Below, one piece after another: positions 27,253-32,000 of a stretch of 32,000 bases of DNA; position 1 is the first letter of the stretch; each line of letters starts with the position of its first letter. Under the pieces are notes generated by a model. That model was not told the DNA's origin. It made no database searches and saw nothing but the letters and a program-made list of their open reading frames with translations. Origin of the DNA: Pseudoalteromonas translucida KMM 520 (GTDB lineage Bacteria; Pseudomonadota; Gammaproteobacteria; Enterobacterales; Alteromonadaceae); the NCBI RefSeq assembly GCF_001465295.1, contig NZ_CP011034.1, forward strand, positions 1,170,001 through 1,202,000. The letters run 5' to 3'. A program made the translations under genes and the position numbers.

Positions 27253-29549
27253 GACTGATCATTTCCTTCTTTTTGAGACTTTTTGGCTTTTGCGCGGGCA
27301 ATAGCAGCAGCTACTGCGGCTTTTTTCTTGTCATCGTTCGCTTTAGGCTCGTCGGTTTTAGGGCTAGATGCGGCGTCGTTATTCTCAACAGCGCTCGTTA
27401 CTTGCGCATCATCAGTTGTACTTTCAGCATCGGCTAATGCTTTAGCGGCTTTTTTCGCTTTGGCGCGAGCAATGGCGGCGGCTACAGCAGCTTTTTTGTC
27501 ATCAACGGGTGCATCGTTTTGCGGTGTATCGTCAGTTGTACTTTCAGCATCGGCTAATGCTTTAGCGGCTTTTTTCGCTTTGGCGCGAGCAATGGCGGCG
27601 GCTACAGCAGCTTTTTTGTCATCAACGGGCGCATCGTTTTGCGGTGTATCATCAGTGGTATTTTCAGCGTCTGCTAGTTGCGCGGCTTTTTTCGCTTTAG
27701 CGCGAGCAATAGCTGCGGCTACAGCAGCTTTTTTGTCATCAACAGGTGCATTGTTTAGCGGCGCATCGTCAGTGGCATTTTCAGCGTCTGCTAGTTGTGC
27801 GGCTTTTTTCGCTTTAGCGCGAGCAATAGCAGCCGCTACGGCTGATTTTTTATCATCAGGGCTTGCTGGCTCATCACTTTGTGCTTTTTGCTCTTTATAT
27901 TGTCGAGCTTGTTCTTTACGCAATGCGCGTTCTTTTGCTACTTCGCTATTATCTGGTTCAAGTGCATCGCCTTGTTGCTTTTTAGCTTTAGCACGGGCAA
28001 TAGCAGCGGCTACGGCTGATTTTTCATCGCTATTAGCTGATTTGCTTTTAACTCTTGCTAAAGCATCGGCTACTTTTTGTTTTTCGTCTGGTGTTTTAAC
28101 TGCAGGTTTACGTTTATGGCGATTTTGTCGCTCAGCTTGTTCGCGATCAAGGCGCTCTTTTCGCGCATCAAAACGCTCTTTAGCACGATCTGCTTTAATT
28201 TTTTCTGCCTGCTGCTCTTTTATTTCTACCTTTGCAACCCGATAATACTGCACTAGCGGTATTTCACTTGGGCAAACGTAGGCACATGCACCGCATTCAA
28301 TGCAGTCAAACAAATTATGTTCTTGTAGTTTGTCGTATTCTTTTGACTTAGCAAACCATTGTAATTGCTGAGGTAATAAAGAAGCAGGGCAAGCATCTGC
28401 ACAGGCGCTACAGCGTATACAGGCTTTTTCTGGGCCGGGCTCTGCAAGCTCTTTATGATCGGGCGCAAGTATACAGTTAGTGGTTTTTACCACGCCAATG
28501 CGAATTGTTGGCAGGGTAAAGCCCATCATTGGGCCGCCCATAATTACTTGTTGTTGTGGTACAGGTGAAAAACCTTGGCAATCGAGCAAATGCTTTATTT
28601 CGCTGCCTAATAAAGCCCATACATTCCCAGGTTTATGAATAGTATTACCCGTTACTGTGACTACGCGCTCAATTAATGGTTTTCCTTCATAAACGGCTTG
28701 TTGTATAGCAAATAAAGTACCGGTGTTATGTACCAGTATACCAACATCTGCCGGAATGCCATTATTAGGCACTTCGCGATTAGTAAGCAGTTTAATAAGC
28801 TGTTTTTCGCCACCAGAGGGGTAAATAGTGGGCACTTTTTGCACCAATATTAAGCTGTTATGTTCCGCTGCTTGTATCATTGCAGCAATCGCTTCTGGTT
28901 TGTTGTCCTCTATCCCCACAATGCATAACGTAGGATTGAGCAGTTGTTGCATTAGCTCAATACCTTGCACTATTTGCTTGGCATGCTCGCGCATTAGCAT
29001 GTCATCAGCTGTTATATAAGGTTCGCACTCAACCGCATTAATAATTAAAAACTCGATAGGTTGCCTGGTATCGGCTTTAACATAAGTTGGAAAACCAGCG
29101 CCTCCCATACCACTAATGCCCGCTTGATGAATAATATTAATAAGTTCATCGTGGCTTAGCGTTGCTGGGTTTTTAATTGGGTTAAGCTCGCACCATAAAT
29201 CTTTACCATCGGGTTCAATAATTACACTCAGTTCAGGTAGGGCAGAAGGGTGCGCCGAAGGCATTAATTTTATGTCGGTTATTGTGCCTGAGGTTGGCGC
29301 ATGCATAGGCACCGACCAGTTAGCAGTAGGTGTGGTTAAAGCTTGGCCTTTTAAAACGTGCTGGCCCTTCTCAACAATAAGTTTACCGTTTGCACCTATG
29401 TGCTGTTTAAGTGCAACGACGAGTTTGTCGGGTAGTGGTAAGCGAGTAATACTGGCACTATTAGAGAGCGATTTTTGTTGTGGTGGGTGAACGCCGCCAG
29501 GGAATGGCCAAACGACCCCTTTTTTTATTTGTTCAAGTAACTTATCCAC
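27249..29549 (-). CDS. rnfC: Rnf/Rsx complex subunit C with extended repetitive C-terminal tail
   Basis: Contains GISGMGGAGFPT and two ferredoxin motifs (CIRCSACADACP, CIECGACAYVCP). The C-terminal ~300 aa consists of AAVAAAIARAKAKK repeats. Confidence 0.92.
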   Translation of the reverse strand: MDKLLEQIKKGVVWPFPGGVHPPQQKSLSNSASITRLPLPDKLVVALKQHIGANGKLIVEKGQHVLKGQALTTPTANWSVPMHAPTSGTITDIKLMPSAHPSALPELSVIIEPDGKDLWCELNPIKNPATLSHDELINIIHQAGISGMGGAGFPTYVKADTRQPIEFLIINAVECEPYITADDMLMREHAKQIVQGIELMQQLLNPTLCIVGIEDNKPEAIAAMIQAAEHNSLILVQKVPTIYPSGGEKQLIKLLTNREVPNNGIPADVGILVHNTGTLFAIQQAVYEGKPLIERVVTVTGNTIHKPGNVWALLGSEIKHLLDCQGFSPVPQQQVIMGGPMMGFTLPTIRIGVVKTTNCILAPDHKELAEPGPEKACIRCSACADACPASLLPQQLQWFAKSKEYDKLQEHNLFDCIECGACAYVCPSEIPLVQYYRVAKVEIKEQQAEKIKADRAKERFDARKERLDREQAERQNRHKRKPAVKTPDEKQKVADALARVKSKSANSDEKSAVAAAIARAKAKKQQGDALEPDNSEVAKERALRKEQARQYKEQKAQSDEPASPDDKKSAVAAAIARAKAKKAAQLADAENATDDAPLNNAPVDDKKAAVAAAIARAKAKKAAQLADAENTTDDTPQNDAPVDDKKAAVAAAIARAKAKKAAKALADAESTTDDTPQNDAPVDDKKAAVAAAIARAKAKKAAKALADAESTTDDAQVTSAVENNDAASSPKTDEPKANDDKKKAAVAAAIARAKAKKSQKEGNDQS
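27405..27860. repeat. tandem repeat inside rnfC (120/117-bp period)
   Basis: 27421-27540 versus 27541-27660 differ at 3 of 120 positions. Two further 117-bp copies follow from 27661, with diverged relatives at about 27287-27340 and 27980-28030. Confidence 0.9.
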
Positions 29550-29557
29550 TCAAACCT

Positions 29558-30112
29558 CTAATCTATTTGTGTAACGGGAATTGCATTTAACTGCCATTTC
29601 CAGTTTTGTTTAGTTTCGGCTACAGGGAGCATATCAATGCAATCTACAGGGCAGGGCTCTACGCATAAATCGCAGCCAGTACATTCATCAATTAATACAG
29701 TATGCATTTGTCGAGTTGCACCAACAATGGCGTCAACCGGGCATGCTTGTATACACTTGGTACAGCCAATGCATTCGTCTTCGCGAATATAAGCCACAGT
29801 TTTAATTGGTTCAGCTTGCTCTCCGCCAGCTAATGGCTTGGGGTCAACGCCCATTAAATCGGCGAGCTTTTTCATGGTGGCTTCGCCGCCAGGAGGGCAT
29901 TTATTTATTTCGTCGCCATTGGCAATTGCTTCGGCGTATGGCCTACAGCCAGGGTAGCCACATTGGCCGCATTGAGTTTGCGGTAAAATGGTATCAATTT
30001 GCTCAACAATAGGGTTACTTTCTACCCGAAAGCGAATAGCGGCAAACCCTAAAATTAGGCCAAAAACTAATGCCAGTGAGCCTAGTGCTATTAATGCATA
30101 AAACAAGGTCAT
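29558..30112 (-). CDS. rnfB: Rnf/Rsx complex subunit B (Fe-S)
   Basis: N-terminal anchor, [15 protein letters not shown] cluster and two 4Fe-4S motifs ([24 protein letters not shown]). Confidence 0.92.
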   Translation of the reverse strand: MTLFYALIALGSLALVFGLILGFAAIRFRVESNPIVEQIDTILPQTQCGQCGYPGCRPYAEAIANGDEINKCPPGGEATMKKLADLMGVDPKPLAGGEQAEPIKTVAYIREDECIGCTKCIQACPVDAIVGATRQMHTVLIDECTGCDLCVEPCPVDCIDMLPVAETKQNWKWQLNAIPVTQID

Positions 30113-30113
30113 A

Positions 30114-30695
30114 TTAAAACTTCACTAATCCGGTAAATCCCATAAATGCCATCGACATCAAGCCTGCGGTAATTAAGGCAATAGAGGCACCTTTAAAGGG
30201 GGTAGGAACATCGGCCGCTGCAAGGCGCTCTCGCAGGGCAGCAAACAATACAAGTACTAAAGAAAAGCCAACTGCGGCACCAAAACCGTAAACCGCCGAC
30301 TGTAAAAAGGAGTGATCTTCTTTGATATTAAGTAATGCAACGCCTAATACAGCACAGTTTGTGGTTATAAGGGGTAAAAATATACCCAGCAAGCGATATA
30401 AAGTAGGGCTTGTTTTACGTACTACCATTTCAGTAAATTGTACTACCACGGCAATGACTAAAATAAAGCTCATGGTGCGTAAATAGGTAATATCCAGCGG
30501 TATTAAAATATATTGGTTAACTAAATAGCTGGTTACAGAGGCAAGGGTAAGCACAAAAGTGGTAGCCAAAGACATACCTATAGCCGTGTCAAGTTTACTC
30601 GACACCCCCATAAATGGGCACAAGCCTAAAAATTGTACTAATACAAAGTTATTAACCAGAACAGTGCCAATCAATAACAATACATATTCTGTCAT
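30114..30695 (-). CDS. rnfA: Rnf/Rsx complex subunit A
   Basis: 193-aa polytopic protein [18 protein letters not shown]...; first gene of the operon. Confidence 0.92.
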   Translation of the reverse strand: MTEYVLLLIGTVLVNNFVLVQFLGLCPFMGVSSKLDTAIGMSLATTFVLTLASVTSYLVNQYILIPLDITYLRTMSFILVIAVVVQFTEMVVRKTSPTLYRLLGIFLPLITTNCAVLGVALLNIKEDHSFLQSAVYGFGAAVGFSLVLVLFAALRERLAAADVPTPFKGASIALITAGLMSMAFMGFTGLVKF

Positions 30696-30905
30696 GTGTG
30701 CCTCGCGCTATTAAAATCCAATGCATTATCCATTTTTCTGCCGAGATAAACAACATGTGGAGTAGTTATCAGTCAAATAAATAGGGTAAAATAATTAACG
30801 CATAATGAAGATGTAAAATTACTGTAATTTGTTTGTAGAGTTTACTTAACGTTATGGTTTTAGTATGGGTTTAAAGTACTAAGCAGTACTGAAAATAAAG
30901 CAAAA

Positions 30906-30927
30906 AAGAGCAACAAGTGCTCTTTTT
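30906..30927 (-). terminator. terminator of the GGDEF-EAL gene (bidirectional design)
   Basis: AAGAGCA-ACAAG-TGCTCTT, flanked by an A-run and a T-run. Confidence 0.65.
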
Positions 30928-30969
30928 ATTAATTAAATAACCTAAACTTTGGTTAAATACGCCCTTAGA

Positions 30970-32000
30970 TCAAATGTCTTTAGGTTTTTCTATGTAATAA
31001 CCTTGTACACCATCTAAGCACAGGGTTTCTATAATGTGCTTTTCTTCTTGGCTTTCGACCCCTTCAGCAAAAACACTCACACCAATTCTGTGTGCTAAGT
31101 CGACCATTAAGCGCATAAAATATTGATTGTTTTTATCATCTTCTAAGCCGCGGGTATAACTGGCATCCATTTTAATAAAGTCTGGTTTTAAATCGCGGAA
31201 AAACTTAAACGACGTTAAGCCAACACCAAAGCGTTCAACTGTTATGCGAGCACCAACACGATGAATCATGTCAATAAAGCGTTTACTTGCTTTAATATTT
31301 TGCTGTAGTCCAAACTCGCTTACTTCAAAAACAAGTTTTGATGCAATATGGGTGTCTTTTAATAATCGGCGTTCTAACCAAATTACAAACTGGTCGTTGT
31401 GCGCACTTGAAGGCGTAACATTTAAACCAAAAAACTTTTCTGAAAGGTTTCGACTTTTTATTTTTTCAAGTGAAGAGTCAATAATTAGCCTGTCGATTTC
31501 TATAGCCATATCAAGTTTTTCGGCCATGGCTAAAAATGATGCTGTAGGCAGCATTTGATTATCTTCGGTTTTAAATCGCACCTGAATCTCAGCATACGCT
31601 TTAATATTTTTGCCCAAAGGCATAATATTTTGCATTACTAAATGCACACGCTTTGCTTCAATTACTTCATTTATAACTTTGCGCCAATTTTGATTACCAA
31701 ATCCAGCACTTACATTATTAATTAAATCGCTTTCGCGCTGTACATGCCAAGCGTTAGCATGTTTTGATTGCGCCATACTCATGGCGTTATCTACTATCGA
31801 GAGCAATTCGCCAAGTGGTTTTGCTTTTTCGTAAGCAACAATACCAGTATTAGCTACTGAGCTAAGCTCTTGGGTTTGTTGATACTGAGTAAAGCGAGAT
31901 TGTAAGTTTTCACCAAAACGTTCGGCTTCTTTTAGCGGTATATTAGGTAATATAGCTACAAAATCAGAGCTGTTAAGTCTAAATACTTGGCTACCAGTAT
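30970..32000 (-). CDS. GGDEF-EAL domain protein with degenerate motifs (5' end beyond window)
   Basis: The frame stays open from 31806 to the window edge. That upstream part reads ...VFRLNSSDFVAILPNIPLKEAERFGENLQ, a GGDEF domain with NSSDF. The EAL domain has YAEIQVRF, LNVTPSS, FEVSE, VERFGVG, KMD, AEGVES and GVQGYY. Confidence 0.8.
   Translation of the reverse strand, partial: TGSQVFRLNSSDFVAILPNIPLKEAERFGENLQSRFTQYQQTQELSSVANTGIVAYEKAKPLGELLSIVDNAMSMAQSKHANAWHVQRESDLINNVSAGFGNQNWRKVINEVIEAKRVHLVMQNIMPLGKNIKAYAEIQVRFKTEDNQMLPTASFLAMAEKLDMAIEIDRLIIDSSLEKIKSRNLSEKFFGLNVTPSSAHNDQFVIWLERRLLKDTHIASKLVFEVSEFGLQQNIKASKRFIDMIHRVGARITVERFGVGLTSFKFFRDLKPDFIKMDASYTRGLEDDKNNQYFMRLMVDLAHRIGVSVFAEGVESQEEKHIIETLCLDGVQGYYIEKPKDI

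Noticed and set aside
27283-28245. 320-aa antisense ORF opposite the rnfC repeats (A/S/F-rich)
   Set aside because: It is the mirror image of the GCN/AAR-rich repeat codons of rnfC. The same periodicity is explained by the RnfC tail.

Overview
Chromosomal window from an AT-rich marine gammaproteobacterium. Gene content and order (smc-zipA-ligA, rnfABCDGE-nth, large tRNA arrays) suggest Alteromonadales, probably Pseudoalteromonas; this is inference, no search was run. About two thirds is ordinary core genome: smc (5' end off-window), zipA, ligA with three translationally coupled small membrane-protein genes, msrB, a REC-TPR regulator, ybiI, gloA, fbaA, an Orn/Lys/Arg-family decarboxylase, nth, the complete rnfABCDGE operon and a GGDEF-EAL gene running off the right edge. 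Two regions are unusual. (1) 9.8-12.8 kb holds two divergently transcribed tRNA arrays driven by near-consensus sigma70 promoters. The minus-strand array has 7 intact tRNA-Val(TAC) genes interleaved with 5 tRNA-Val-derived elements that share the same remodelling. The plus-strand array is tRNA-Ala(GGC) plus 4 tRNA-Glu(TTC). (2) 18.3-24.2 kb, between the decarboxylase gene and nth, is an accessory island that reads like an integrase-less integron-type cassette array. It has five same-strand ORFs. Each starts just after a GTTRRRY-like core site and ends at a sequence reverse-complementary to its own cassette start (11/11 and 10/10 nt in the two best cases). The island also contains one canonical-size attC-like hairpin, a repeated ~215-250 nt junction module, two tandem 5'-truncated IS110-family transposase remnants each abutting the same 22-mer, and a REP-like palindrome pair. 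Cassette cargo includes a HEPN-like protein, a protein with an RNxxHH motif, two small membrane proteins and an SDR epimerase. Nothing here was checked against databases; all homology statements come from reading the translations and from memory of the families.
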